Assembly (NCBI GenBank): GCA_963839475.1
Contig: CAWIVH010000021.1
Coordinates: 585,265-649,264 of the forward strand
Length of the DNA stretch: 64,000 bases
From: an uncultured Acidobacteriota bacterium
GTDB lineage: Bacteria > Acidobacteriota > UBA6911
Direction of reading: 5' to 3'
Position numbers and translations under genes: made by a program
Notes under the pieces: model-generated
Told to the model about the DNA's origin: nothing
The model's database searches: none
The model's input: only the letters and a program-made list of their open reading frames with translations
Shown: one piece after another, positions 38,799-49,014 of the stretch
Layout of the letters: every line of letters starts with the position of its first letter
Numbering within the stretch: the first letter of the stretch is position 1

Positions 38799-39638
38799 AT
38801 GGCAAAAAAACTCTGGTTCGTTATTGGATTCGCTGTCCTGCTGGCATCTTCGGCAATATTCGGCCAGCAATCCCGGAGCGCGCCAGCAACGGCCTCGGAC
38901 AAGAACGTCAAGGGAATCGCGGTCCGGATCGGGCAGGACGAAACTGCCGGACTCGAGCTTTGGCAAACCCTCCTGGGAAAATTTTGGATCCCGAAGCCAG
39001 GGGAATGGGTTATGCCCCACCTCGAGTGGGAACAGGCTATCGAGCGTGTTTACCACCACCCCGTCGTTCACGTGCAACGCGGCGATATCGTACTGGACTG
39101 CGGGGCGCATATCGGCGGCTTTACACGGGTCGCTCTCAACGCCGGGGCAAAAAAGGTCATAGCGATTGAGCCGGAGAAGGCGAACATCGCGGCCTTCCGC
39201 CGAAATTTCGAGCCCGAGCTCCTATCGGGCCAGGTCGAGATTGTCGAAAAAGGAGTATGGGAGACCGCCGGAAAGCTGGCGCTGCACCTTTCAGGAGCCG
39301 GAGATTCTCATAGCATCGTTGTCGCACAGGTGCGAAAGGAAGATGAAGCTATCGAGGTCACAACACTGGATGCGATCGCTAAAGCGCTGCGCCTCCCGCG
39401 GGTCGATTTCATTAAGATGGATATTGAAGGCTCCGAAAGGAACGCTCTCAAGGGCGCGAGGGAAACCCTGCAGAAATGGCATCCCCGCCTTGCCATATCG
39501 AGTTATCATCTCAAAGGGGATCCCGGTTCCATTGCAGCCTTTGTTTGGGATATCCACCAGGATTACCTGATCGATAGCAAGGATAAGGTGGAAGGGCCGG
39601 GCGGTAAAAAAGTGCCGAAAGTTTTGTTTTTTCACTGA
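38799..39638 (+). CDS. FkbM-family methyltransferase with signal peptide
   Basis: VLDCGAHIG, AIEP, IKMDIEGSE; N-terminal signal peptide. Confidence 0.85.
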   Translation: MAKKLWFVIGFAVLLASSAIFGQQSRSAPATASDKNVKGIAVRIGQDETAGLELWQTLLGKFWIPKPGEWVMPHLEWEQAIERVYHHPVVHVQRGDIVLDCGAHIGGFTRVALNAGAKKVIAIEPEKANIAAFRRNFEPELLSGQVEIVEKGVWETAGKLALHLSGAGDSHSIVVAQVRKEDEAIEVTTLDAIAKALRLPRVDFIKMDIEGSERNALKGARETLQKWHPRLAISSYHLKGDPGSIAAFVWDIHQDYLIDSKDKVEGPGGKKVPKVLFFH

Positions 39639-40005
39639 GCGCTCTTCCCCTGGAACCGTTTAGCATTTTGATGAGAATGCGGGTTTTCGCCTGCTTTCCA
39701 GGCAAAGATCCGCGATCATCTGTGTACCCTAATAAAGTCCCAATATTTGTAAATTGGAGCATTAGGCCGATTTAAAGGCGCTGAAGTACAGACGCATCCA
39801 GATTCGGATTGGAAAAATGCTTCTGCAGAATGTAATATGTTGGCAGCTCTGCTCCGTGGCGGCATTTTCGGCGGGAATAACTCTCGGGGATCCGACTCAA
39901 AGCCGGAAAGCGGCACAAGGAACTGAAAGCCGGTCTTTATTCGAGCGCTCGGGCGGTACACTGAAACCGAAAATCTGAAAAACCTATTCAAGTTCGAGGA
40001 AATCT

Positions 40006-41337
40006 ATGCGTGAAATCACCAAATCGGTGCTTGGCTACACCTTCTCCGCGCCTCGTTATGCGATCCAGCAGTTGATCGCGACCCTGAATGATTCCGACGC
40101 GGGAGAAGGCAAGGAAGGCTCCCCCAGAAGCGGCGCCTACGCCGCGGCTGTTCAAGCAGCGGAGATGCTTGATGCCATGCTTAGCGCCGGAAACACGATC
40201 CAGGATGACGTTATCGATGCCGGGTTTCGTGCAATGGAGCCTGAAACCTGGACCCCCAGCGGTATGGCTCGAGCGGCTGCTGATATCAGTTCCCGACTGG
40301 CGGATAGCCTTCGCTATCTGGATCCTTCTCAGGCAGGTTTTGCCGCCTGGCGTGAGTTGGGCAACAAGGTTGAGATCTACCGTTTGGTGAAGGATATCCG
40401 ATTCAAGCTCGATATTCCTTCAGGCCGGTTTGAATTGGCCGAGTACGTGAAACGGTGCTATGACTTGGGCCCCTTCCCGGCTCTGTGGGCGGTTGAAGGG
40501 CTTGGCCATTTCTATACCGTCTCATTCAAGCCTTACAGCGAAAGCACCAGCGGAATCATGATGGCACCCGAGATCGGAAACCTTCCGGCCAAAAGCATGA
40601 CCATGCTGAACGCCGGCATCGGACTGGCCTTCGCAGAAGATCTTCTCAAATCCCTGTCAGCCTCGAGCCCGACAGAAGAGGTTGTTTCAGTATTGAAGCT
40701 TTATTTGCGCCTTTGCCATCAGAACGCCCGGCCGGGATATCTCGGAGCCGCATTAGAATCGCTCGGATTAGTTACCCGAACTTGGCATCCCGAAATAATG
40801 AAGCCGGTGAGTGAACAGCTCGCCCTGCTCGACGAAGTCGCCGCGCAGTATTTCTGGCGTGGTGTGGGTCGCGCTCTTTTCTTCCTCCCGGTCAATTTTG
40901 TGCCGGGGTACGGCTCCATAGCCAATGCTATCCGGATGTCGAAGCAGGAAACCACCGATGAATCAGCCCGGAATAACACCCTTGCGGGAATTGCCTGGGC
41001 ATCAACCGTGGTTAACATGATGCATCCGGCCATCATGGAATCGTTCCTCGAGCAGCACGGTGACGAACTCGAAGGACAGGAGGCATTTGCCAACGGCGCC
41101 GCTTCATCCATCATCATGCGTTACGACACGACTCCCGATGAGCCGTTCATTGCCGAGTTTATTGACCGTGAGCCGGGAGGAGCAGGATCGCATCTTGCGG
41201 AGCTTTGGAAGGAACATATTCGCACGCCCGCCAGAAACGCTTTGGACAAATACTACCCTGTGCTGAGGGATCGCGGTCTGCTAGGAGAGGTCTTTCGCTA
41301 TCAGGACATCGGAGCACTGGTCGCAGCTCACCCATGA
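40006..41337 (+). CDS. Hypothetical alpha-helical protein
   Basis: 443-aa ORF with SD; repeated G-x-G-x-A helical motifs. Confidence 0.7.
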   Translation: MREITKSVLGYTFSAPRYAIQQLIATLNDSDAGEGKEGSPRSGAYAAAVQAAEMLDAMLSAGNTIQDDVIDAGFRAMEPETWTPSGMARAAADISSRLADSLRYLDPSQAGFAAWRELGNKVEIYRLVKDIRFKLDIPSGRFELAEYVKRCYDLGPFPALWAVEGLGHFYTVSFKPYSESTSGIMMAPEIGNLPAKSMTMLNAGIGLAFAEDLLKSLSASSPTEEVVSVLKLYLRLCHQNARPGYLGAALESLGLVTRTWHPEIMKPVSEQLALLDEVAAQYFWRGVGRALFFLPVNFVPGYGSIANAIRMSKQETTDESARNNTLAGIAWASTVVNMMHPAIMESFLEQHGDELEGQEAFANGAASSIIMRYDTTPDEPFIAEFIDREPGGAGSHLAELWKEHIRTPARNALDKYYPVLRDRGLLGEVFRYQDIGALVAAHP

Positions 41338-42134
41338 AAATCACCGCGAAAAGTCACGGCCGATGCGGCGTCCTCAGCTCCATCGCTGTGATAATGGCAC
41401 TTTGTCAAGCGTCCCCAGGCCTCGGGCAGGAGTCCGTTCAGGAACCCCTGCCCGAAGCCGAAAAAGTCCTGGAGAGGTTCATTGAGGCCACAGGCGGCAT
41501 TGAAGCTTACTCGGCGCTCAAGAATATTTTTTCCAGCGGCACCTACGAAATATCCGGCAAAAGCCTCCGGGGCAGGTACAGCACGTACGAAGCCCCCCCG
41601 GACCGTACTCGCACCATCCTCGAATTCGACGGCGGAAAGAAATATGAGGAAGGGACCGTTGAAGGGCTGGCATGGGAATTATCAGAGGATGCGCAACCCA
41701 GGATCAAAACCGGGGCGGAAAAAGCTTTTGCCTTGCGCGAAGCCTCCTTCAACTCCGTCATCCAATGGCGGAAGCTTTATGCCAAGGCGGAAACCCTTGG
41801 AATAGAAAAGATCGCAGGTATGACCTGCTATAAGGTGAAGCTCTCGCCCGCCAGCGGTCATCCCATCATCGACTATTTTGACAAAGTATCAGGCCTGCGC
41901 GTTAAAAGCGAAACCGTCGTGAGCACTCCAGCGGGAGACATTACTTCGGAGAATCTCTACAACGAATATCGGATTGTGAACGGGGTTAAATTCCCCTTCA
42001 AGATGATGCATCGGATTGGGGATGAGGCAGGAGTCATTGCCTTGGAAAAAATAGAATGCAATATCGATATCGGCTGGTATCGCTTCGACCCTCCGCGTGA
42101 AGTAAAAGCCCTGCAGATCAAAGGGAAAAATTGA
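41334..42134 (+). CDS. Secreted protein, LolA-like/DUF620-like
   Basis: ATGA overlap with upstream gene; signal peptide; FIEATGG.EA, YFD..SGL, YR.VNGVKFPF. Confidence 0.65.
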   Translation: MKITAKSHGRCGVLSSIAVIMALCQASPGLGQESVQEPLPEAEKVLERFIEATGGIEAYSALKNIFSSGTYEISGKSLRGRYSTYEAPPDRTRTILEFDGGKKYEEGTVEGLAWELSEDAQPRIKTGAEKAFALREASFNSVIQWRKLYAKAETLGIEKIAGMTCYKVKLSPASGHPIIDYFDKVSGLRVKSETVVSTPAGDITSENLYNEYRIVNGVKFPFKMMHRIGDEAGVIALEKIECNIDIGWYRFDPPREVKALQIKGKN

Positions 42135-42158
42135 ATCTTCTCAGGCTTTGGGAGGGAA

Positions 42159-43346
42159 TCAAGACTCCGCTTCCCCGCCCTTCAGCACCAATCCGGCAGC
42201 CCATGGAAAAACCAGCACCGACATCAGCGCTGAGGCCACAAGGGCGGCCCCCGTTGTCTCGTTAATCGCCTTTAACTCGGTACCGATTTGAACCGAAGCC
42301 ACAGTAAAGGACAGAGAAGTGGCTTGCAGCAGCCCGGCCGCCACACTCTTGCGCCAGCCGATATAACGCCGGTAAATGCACGCCGGAAGCCCCCGTACGA
42401 CCAGCAGGGCCGCCAGGTAGACCGGTATCTGTGCCATGCCGGCAGTGCTGTGGATCAGCGCCCGCAGATTAAAGCGGAGGCCGCTGGCGACGAAGAAAAC
42501 CGGAACAAAGATCCCATACCCGATCGCCTCAAGCTTGGTATGGAATAGCGGGTGTGTTCGCGACGCCTCGCTGTCCACCATGGAAAGGATTGCACCCGCG
42601 ATAAACGCGCCCAGTATCGTCTCAAGGCCAAACCGTTGAGCTACGGCGACCAAAGCCACCAGAAGCAGCGCCGCTCCTCGAATGCGGATCTGGGCTGTGG
42701 TGTTCTGAAGGCGAAATAGCGCCGCCGACAATACATTGGATTTTCCCCCGCGGAGAACCATGACCACTACCGCCATCGACAGCAAAAGAAATCCGGAGAG
42801 AAGCGCCAGCTGCGTGCCGGCTCCGGCGGCTTCGCGCGAAAAGAAAAGTGACAGAAGTATTACGGTGCCAAAATCGGAGATAGAGGCCGCGGCCACAACC
42901 AGCTGGCCAAAATTGCTGGCGATATGGCCGGTGTCTTTGAGAATCGGCACCACCAACCCCAGTGCGGTCGCCGCCAGGACAATGGCGATAAAAAGGGGCG
43001 AGTCGACCAGCCCCGCCTTTTTCAACCCGTAAGCCATACACAGGGATAGTACAAGGGAAACGCCGAAACCTGCTGCGGCAAGCATCAGGGGCGTGCCTCT
43101 CAGGCGATGGAATTCTATCTCCAACCCCGCAAGAAACAGAAGGGCCGCCAGCCCGATCACCGATATGACCTGGATTGGCGTATCCACCTGCACCCAGCCC
43201 AGCACCGAGGGCCCAAGAATTACGCCGACAGCAATTTCCAGAACGGGAGAAGGCATTTTGAGCCGGGGGAAAAGGCCGAGAACGAGCGGAACCCCGAATG
43301 CAACTGCGGTGACGACGGCGAGTCCGTTGAATGAAATTGGAGCCAT
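42159..43346 (-). CDS. Cation:proton antiporter (CPA2/Kef family)
   Basis: About 12 TM helices; LLFLAGLE, ILGAFIAG, VPVFFVASG. Confidence 0.9.
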   Translation of the reverse strand: MAPISFNGLAVVTAVAFGVPLVLGLFPRLKMPSPVLEIAVGVILGPSVLGWVQVDTPIQVISVIGLAALLFLAGLEIEFHRLRGTPLMLAAAGFGVSLVLSLCMAYGLKKAGLVDSPLFIAIVLAATALGLVVPILKDTGHIASNFGQLVVAAASISDFGTVILLSLFFSREAAGAGTQLALLSGFLLLSMAVVVMVLRGGKSNVLSAALFRLQNTTAQIRIRGAALLLVALVAVAQRFGLETILGAFIAGAILSMVDSEASRTHPLFHTKLEAIGYGIFVPVFFVASGLRFNLRALIHSTAGMAQIPVYLAALLVVRGLPACIYRRYIGWRKSVAAGLLQATSLSFTVASVQIGTELKAINETTGAALVASALMSVLVFPWAAGLVLKGGEAES

Positions 43347-43447
43347 CGGAATTCTCCACGATTAAAGGCAGAAACCTGCGAGCATGATCCAGAACCATCC
43401 CGGATGGTCTCAAGCAAGTCTGCGGTTTGCCGGGATGAATTGGCGCT

Positions 43448-44158
43448 TCAGACCTCGATGGAAGGGGAACCGATCTCGCCGATGTAAGGAATCCCCTTCT
43501 GCCTTGCCCTCGTTATTTCCTCGATCACCCTTTCAGCCAATTGTTCGAAGCCCTTGGGGTGAGTAGTCAGGACCAAGTTGGCCATCGCCAGGTACTCGGT
43601 CCTCATATCACCGCCGCCGGATGGACACCAATTGTCCTCAAATAATACCCCGTCCTCCTGCCGCCGCGCGCGGATCTTGAAATGTCCGAAAAACAGCTTG
43701 TTGGTTACCTTGACATCCACGGACCCTTCGTCCTGGCTCATTCCCGGATCCTGGGTGAGGTTCCACTCAATGAGCCCGAGAGCAGCCACCATCATCGCTG
43801 CCATGGAGCGCCCTGCGGCAGCCCCCGCTTCTCCCAGCCTTTTCCCTTCCTTCTCAAATTCCTTCGTAAAAGGGTTGAAATGGATATAGCGCGTGCGGTT
43901 CCTGCGGCTGTAGGTCTCCTTTTTGATATCCATGAATTCCCGATAGTCGGCGAACAACACCCCTTGGATCAATTCTTCGACCGAAACGCAATCTACCTTG
44001 TATTCCGTCCTGAAGTGCATTCGCTTGCCGGCGAAGGGATTGAACACCGGCAACCCTAAAGGGACATTAAAAGGTATTCCGGCCTGCTGGATGCTTTTAG
44101 TTTCTTTACCGAAGGGCTCAAGCACAATCTGTCCGCTGGAAACAGTCATCTCCGTCAT
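43448..44158 (-). CDS. Hypothetical protein
   Basis: 236-aa ORF filling the gap; no recognised motif. Confidence 0.6.
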   Translation of the reverse strand: MTEMTVSSGQIVLEPFGKETKSIQQAGIPFNVPLGLPVFNPFAGKRMHFRTEYKVDCVSVEELIQGVLFADYREFMDIKKETYSRRNRTRYIHFNPFTKEFEKEGKRLGEAGAAAGRSMAAMMVAALGLIEWNLTQDPGMSQDEGSVDVKVTNKLFFGHFKIRARRQEDGVLFEDNWCPSGGGDMRTEYLAMANLVLTTHPKGFEQLAERVIEEITRARQKGIPYIGEIGSPSIEV

Positions 44159-44450
44159 CCTCGATCAGGTCTGCATTTTGTCCGGGAGTGTTTATTATCT
44201 ATCGAGCAGCCGGCCCGCACCGGCAATACGCTTCAAGCTTGACTAAATCTTATGGATGCCGGTTCGAAAGTTCAAGCTTTTGATGGGTAAAACAGCATGA
44301 TCCGCCTTTACAGCGGTGGGGCTACTGGGTATCTTTAAATTACGCGGGGCATTCTCTAGCCCCAGCAGAGTTTTCCTCTCTCAAAAGCGTCGAACATGGC
44401 TGGATCGTTCACGGAGGTTCAATCTGCCCGGTAGGGCAATGCGGAGAAAG

Positions 44451-45722
44451 ATGGCTGACAAACAGAAACTTGAGTTGGAAGACAATACCGTACTCACCGA
44501 GGACGACAGAACCATCCTGGACAGCGCGGAAGGTTTCCTGTCGGATGGTCTCGCATTAAAGCGATGGTTTGAGGCCACGCAGCAGAGCGGGTCCTTCGCT
44601 AATCGATTCGAATCGATGCACACCTACAATCGCTCGGACCGGAGTTTTGGATTTTTTGGCGAGGCTCCGCTGGACAAAGGCACGATGCCGGTTATGGGGT
44701 TGATCGACGACGTGTTCTATGATTTCCCAAAGGGCGCCGATACCGGTCGGGGCAAAGCCGTTGAAATCATGAAAGCGCAAATCCGGGAGTTCGTGCTGCA
44801 CTACTTCCTGCGGATATCCGATTACCGCCAACCGGAGCGCGCTCCCGATCCCGAAGCTGAACAGGTTCCTTCATACCTGCGCCCTTTGAGCTGGCGCGCC
44901 GAGGCGGATATCCATCGCAGCGGGATGGAGTTTACCCAGAGATACTACAAATCCGCTGCCACCGGCAAAATCGGCAAATTTGAAGGTAATGAGGTCCGTG
45001 CCGTGGCTGATCTTCGCCATGTCGGATCGAAGTACAGCTGGATGATTCTCCAGCTCAAGATTTTTGATTTCACGATCACGGTTAAGCCGGCCGGCAACAC
45101 CGGCCCTCAGGTGCAAATGCCCCTGAAGGAGGAAAGCTACCTCATCGTTACTCCAGATTTTATCACGGACAGGGAAAGTCCCGAGCCTGGGATTGCCGGG
45201 GAGTACGGATTCGGCTACGCATTCATCAAGAATCCCGGTCGAGGTCCGTTTGCCTATGGCCCGGGCGAATTCGAGGCAGCTTTTCAGACCATCAACTTCC
45301 GCGTGCTGGATACCGGCGAGGTTCGCGTGCGCATGCCATTTGTGTCCAACCGCCCGGACAAAATCATGAATTTTTCGCTGGATCCGGTGGATTGGGGACT
45401 GAATCTAGCGGATCGCCTTACCCTGGGAATAGGTTCTTCGCTGGTGAAGCCGATTCGCGCAGCGTGGCAGGAGTGGGCCGGGATGACCGGGCCGGCCGCC
45501 GATCCCGTGGTGGCTGGCATCAACGTAGCTGATTTCATCAGCATGGGTCAATCCTCCAAACAGCTCAACATCACCCTGGACCAACTAAACCGCGGATTTC
45601 TTGTGCGCCACTCGCTGCAACACTACATGACGGTCTTCGGATCGCTGCGCACCTGGAGACAGATACCGGATTGGCGCTCAGAAAGCCTTCCCGAATGGGT
45701 TGTCGACGGCAACAGCTCCTAG
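44451..45722 (+). CDS. Hypothetical protein
   Basis: 423-aa ORF with SD GGAG; aromatic/Gly motifs GEYGFGYAF, AYGPGEF. Confidence 0.7.
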   Translation: MADKQKLELEDNTVLTEDDRTILDSAEGFLSDGLALKRWFEATQQSGSFANRFESMHTYNRSDRSFGFFGEAPLDKGTMPVMGLIDDVFYDFPKGADTGRGKAVEIMKAQIREFVLHYFLRISDYRQPERAPDPEAEQVPSYLRPLSWRAEADIHRSGMEFTQRYYKSAATGKIGKFEGNEVRAVADLRHVGSKYSWMILQLKIFDFTITVKPAGNTGPQVQMPLKEESYLIVTPDFITDRESPEPGIAGEYGFGYAFIKNPGRGPFAYGPGEFEAAFQTINFRVLDTGEVRVRMPFVSNRPDKIMNFSLDPVDWGLNLADRLTLGIGSSLVKPIRAAWQEWAGMTGPAADPVVAGINVADFISMGQSSKQLNITLDQLNRGFLVRHSLQHYMTVFGSLRTWRQIPDWRSESLPEWVVDGNSS

Positions 45723-45760
45723 CCGGCTGGCAGCCGGAATGCCGGCAACATTGCAGCCTT

Positions 45761-47398
45761 TTAATTGTGCACACCGGGAGCTTCGCGCCCGGTCTTGGTG
45801 CAGTATTCATCGTACGTCCCAGGATAAAGGAGGGGATCGGTGTGATCGGTTCCCTTTCCGCCCAATTCCAGAACCCTATTGGCAAGCCCTCGAAGAAAAG
45901 TACGATCGTGGGATACGAACAGCATGGTTCCTTCGAAATGGCTGAGGGAAGAAACGAGCATTTCCTTGGTCGCAAGGTCGAGGTGGTTGGTAGGCTCATC
46001 CAGTACCAGGAAATTCGGCGGGTCGAAAAGCATTCGAGCCAAGACCAGGCGCGATTTTTCGCCACCCGATAAAATCCTGACCGGCTTCTCCACATCATCC
46101 CCGGAAAACTGGAAAGCCCCGAGAAGATTCCTGAGCGCTCCTATCGATTCCATGGGAAAATCCCGCTGAATCTGTTCCATCACGGTCAGCTCGGGATCGA
46201 GCAGGTCGAGCGACTGCTGTGCGAAATAGCCGAGCTTGAGGCTGGCCCCGAGCCGGACAGTGCCGGAATCGGGCGCCAGAGCGCCAACGACCATCTTTAG
46301 CAGCGTCGTTTTGCCGGCGCCATTTTTGCCCATCACGCACCAGCGCTCCCCCCTGCGGATGAGAAAATCAAATCCGCGATAAATCACCCTCGGCCCGAAA
46401 GCCTTGCTGACAGACTCAAGGATCGCGACATCCTGGCCGGAGCGAGGCGGTTCCTTGAAATCAAAAGCTACAACCCGGCGCCTTTTGGGGAGCTCGATTT
46501 TTTCAATTTTGTCCAGGGCCTTTACCCGGCTTTGAACCTGGGCGGCCTTGGCCGCATGCGCTTTAAACCTCTCGATAAAGCGGCTTTCCTTGGCCAGCAT
46601 GGCCTGTTGTCTCGCATAGGCGGCTTCCCGATTGGCCTCTCTGAGCGCCCGCTCTCTTTCATAGTTATCGTAGTTCCCGGTATAGAGGAAGACCTCTCCA
46701 CCGTCGATTTCCACAATCCGGTCCACCACGCGATTCATAAAATCGCGATCATGGGAGGTCATGATTAGAGTGCACTTGGCATCTTTCAGGAAATGCTCGA
46801 GCCATAATATCGACTCGATATCCAAATGGTTCGTGGGTTCGTCCATTAGCAGCACATCAGGCTTGCCAAGAAGCACCTGGGCCATGGAAACACGCATCTT
46901 CCACCCCCCGGACAGATGCCCCACATCACCTTCAATCTGGTCGTCCTCGAATCCGAGGCCATGCAGCACCTCCCGCGCCTGGGATTCCAGCGCGTACCCG
47001 CCGAGGCTTTCGTAACGGTGCTGGACCTCCCCGTAGCGTGTCAGGATGTCCTCCACCTCTGCCGCGCGGGACGGATCCGCCATTTCATGCTGCAGCTTCT
47101 CGATTTCGTGGTGCAGCTTTCCCAGTTCGCCGCTTCCGGCGATGGCCTCATCCAGGACGCTCCAACCTGACATCTCATCGACTTCCTGGCGGAAGTAGGC
47201 AATGCTCAGACGATTGGGGACCGAAACCGAACCTTCGTCGGGCTGTTCGGCGCCTGCAATAAGTCGGAAAAGCGTTGTCTTCCCGCTGCCATTGGGGCCG
47301 ACCAGTCCCGCCTTTTCATTGGGATTGATCTGAAAACTGATGTCGGTAAACAATATCTGCTTTCCGTATTGCTTGGCGACATTTGAAAAAACAATCAC
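45761..47398 (-). CDS. ABC-F ribosome-associated ATPase
   Basis: Two Walker A motifs (GPNGSGKT, GKNGAGKT), LSGG, DEPTNHLD twice; no TM. Confidence 0.95.
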   Translation of the reverse strand: MIVFSNVAKQYGKQILFTDISFQINPNEKAGLVGPNGSGKTTLFRLIAGAEQPDEGSVSVPNRLSIAYFRQEVDEMSGWSVLDEAIAGSGELGKLHHEIEKLQHEMADPSRAAEVEDILTRYGEVQHRYESLGGYALESQAREVLHGLGFEDDQIEGDVGHLSGGWKMRVSMAQVLLGKPDVLLMDEPTNHLDIESILWLEHFLKDAKCTLIMTSHDRDFMNRVVDRIVEIDGGEVFLYTGNYDNYERERALREANREAAYARQQAMLAKESRFIERFKAHAAKAAQVQSRVKALDKIEKIELPKRRRVVAFDFKEPPRSGQDVAILESVSKAFGPRVIYRGFDFLIRRGERWCVMGKNGAGKTTLLKMVVGALAPDSGTVRLGASLKLGYFAQQSLDLLDPELTVMEQIQRDFPMESIGALRNLLGAFQFSGDDVEKPVRILSGGEKSRLVLARMLFDPPNFLVLDEPTNHLDLATKEMLVSSLSHFEGTMLFVSHDRTFLRGLANRVLELGGKGTDHTDPLLYPGTYDEYCTKTGREAPGVHN

Positions 47399-47561
47399 GG
47401 TTTTTTTCCTTTGAGCATTGCCAAAATGGAAAAGTCGGGCTGGCTACGATCGACAAATAAATTGAAATGACCGGCAGCGAGCGACGTAATTTAGCACGAT
47501 GGCTAGCGCATTGACCCGATTTATTTCTATTTTTATCCCCATGCATCCTTTGCATCGCAGG

Positions 47562-48308
47562 ATGAGCGGCGCTTCATTATGGCTGCTGGCAGCCATATTC
47601 GCGGTTGGCTCATGTTTTTCGGCAGAAAAACCTTCCGAAGGGGAGGCATTGCACGCCGATGTACTGGCGAAAACCGAAGAATATTTGTCGCGGCTGCAGG
47701 ATCTGCTTCAACTGTATGAAAAAAATGAGGTGGGTGCGGCAAAGTTGCTGGAGCAGCGGAGCGAGCTGTTTAACCGGGGATTGATCTCGCGCGATCTCCT
47801 GAATGCCAATCGCCGCGCTCGCGACGAAGCCAAGGATAAAGTCGACGAGACCCGGGCGCTCATAGTCTCCGCTCAAAAGCTGAGTTCTGAGGTCCGGCTT
47901 GCTATAGAAATGGAAAAGTCGCCGGCGAACGAACCTCCGGCACAAGAAACGGTTGTATTCTTCGCCGGCACCGCTCCCTGGGCGCTTTCCGAAACGGTCA
48001 AGGTAGAATCCTATTTCGTTTCGCATTTCGGAATATCGCTTCCCGTAAGTGCGGTCGGCCAGACTGAATTGCACACGCGGATGGGCTTCAACCATCGCGA
48101 GGCGGTTGACGTCGCGCTCCACCCCGACAGCGTCGAAGGCCAGAACCTCCTGCAATACCTGAAATCGGCAGGATACCCCTTTATTGCGTTTCGCAATGCC
48201 GTGGCCGGCTCAGCGACAGGAGCCCACATTCACATCGGACGCCCATCGGTCCGATTGACCGCAAGTGCAAGGATGGACGCGGTTCCCTCGACCAAGGCAT
48301 CATTTTAG
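47562..48308 (+). CDS. Exported coiled-coil protein with LAS-like metallopeptidase motif
   Basis: Signal/lipobox AVGSC; H..NHREAVD..GAHIHIG. Confidence 0.55.
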   Translation: MSGASLWLLAAIFAVGSCFSAEKPSEGEALHADVLAKTEEYLSRLQDLLQLYEKNEVGAAKLLEQRSELFNRGLISRDLLNANRRARDEAKDKVDETRALIVSAQKLSSEVRLAIEMEKSPANEPPAQETVVFFAGTAPWALSETVKVESYFVSHFGISLPVSAVGQTELHTRMGFNHREAVDVALHPDSVEGQNLLQYLKSAGYPFIAFRNAVAGSATGAHIHIGRPSVRLTASARMDAVPSTKASF

Positions 48309-48412
48309 GCAAACGACGCAGGTCGTAACTCACCCCCATTCACAAAGACGGCAAAAAGGATGGACCCTCATCACATCGTGTATCCATCCTAAATTGGAGC
48401 CACTGCTTCTTA

Positions 48413-48967
48413 CTATGTCTTGGGAAAACAGGATGGAGGTGGAGGCTGATTGTCCTTGGTGCCCAGCCATTCGACGCCAAGGCCGGCACCGCGGCGAAGC
48501 AGCAATGCCAGTTGGCCCGTGTGGTGTTGAACATGGCGGAGGTTGTTCATGAGGAATTCACCTACACTGAGCTGATACCACCAAAATCCACAACGTTCGA
48601 GGGCTCGCTCATCCGTTAGCCGGCCAAATGTTTCGTCGCATTTTTGCAGACAGCGATCGGCATAGGTCAATAGCTGATTCTTGGTGAAATTTTTCTCAGG
48701 AGTGGTGACAACTCCGGCGAATTCCCGATAGTCGCCGGGAAGCAATTGTGCGTTTTTTTGGTGGAATTCTATTGCCCGGAATGACTTTTCATCGTCAGAC
48801 AAATAGAAGTCGGCGTAGAAAAGCGCGTGGTATGCCAAGTGCCAAAAAGGCGAGCCCCCCGAGCGGTCATCCCATAAGGAATCCGGGCATGCCTCGATGG
48901 CGGACCTGAGCATCTGAATCGTAGCGGCAAACTGCCGGCCTAGCATCGTCTGCCAGTGGCTCCCCAT
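48413..48967 (-). CDS. DinB-family protein
   Basis: CPDSLW, FWHLAYH, NLRHVQHHTGQL. Confidence 0.85.
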   Translation of the reverse strand: MGSHWQTMLGRQFAATIQMLRSAIEACPDSLWDDRSGGSPFWHLAYHALFYADFYLSDDEKSFRAIEFHQKNAQLLPGDYREFAGVVTTPEKNFTKNQLLTYADRCLQKCDETFGRLTDERALERCGFWWYQLSVGEFLMNNLRHVQHHTGQLALLLRRGAGLGVEWLGTKDNQPPPPSCFPKT

Positions 48968-49014
48968 GATCATACCTCCCAAAAGCAATAATTTCAGCCT
49001 GCCGTCCCAAACGA

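Noticed and set aside
39880-39975. Possible c-di-GMP riboswitch upstream of 40006
   Set aside because: GAAA-containing hairpins are present, but the conserved GGCAAA/GACGCAAA architecture is missing
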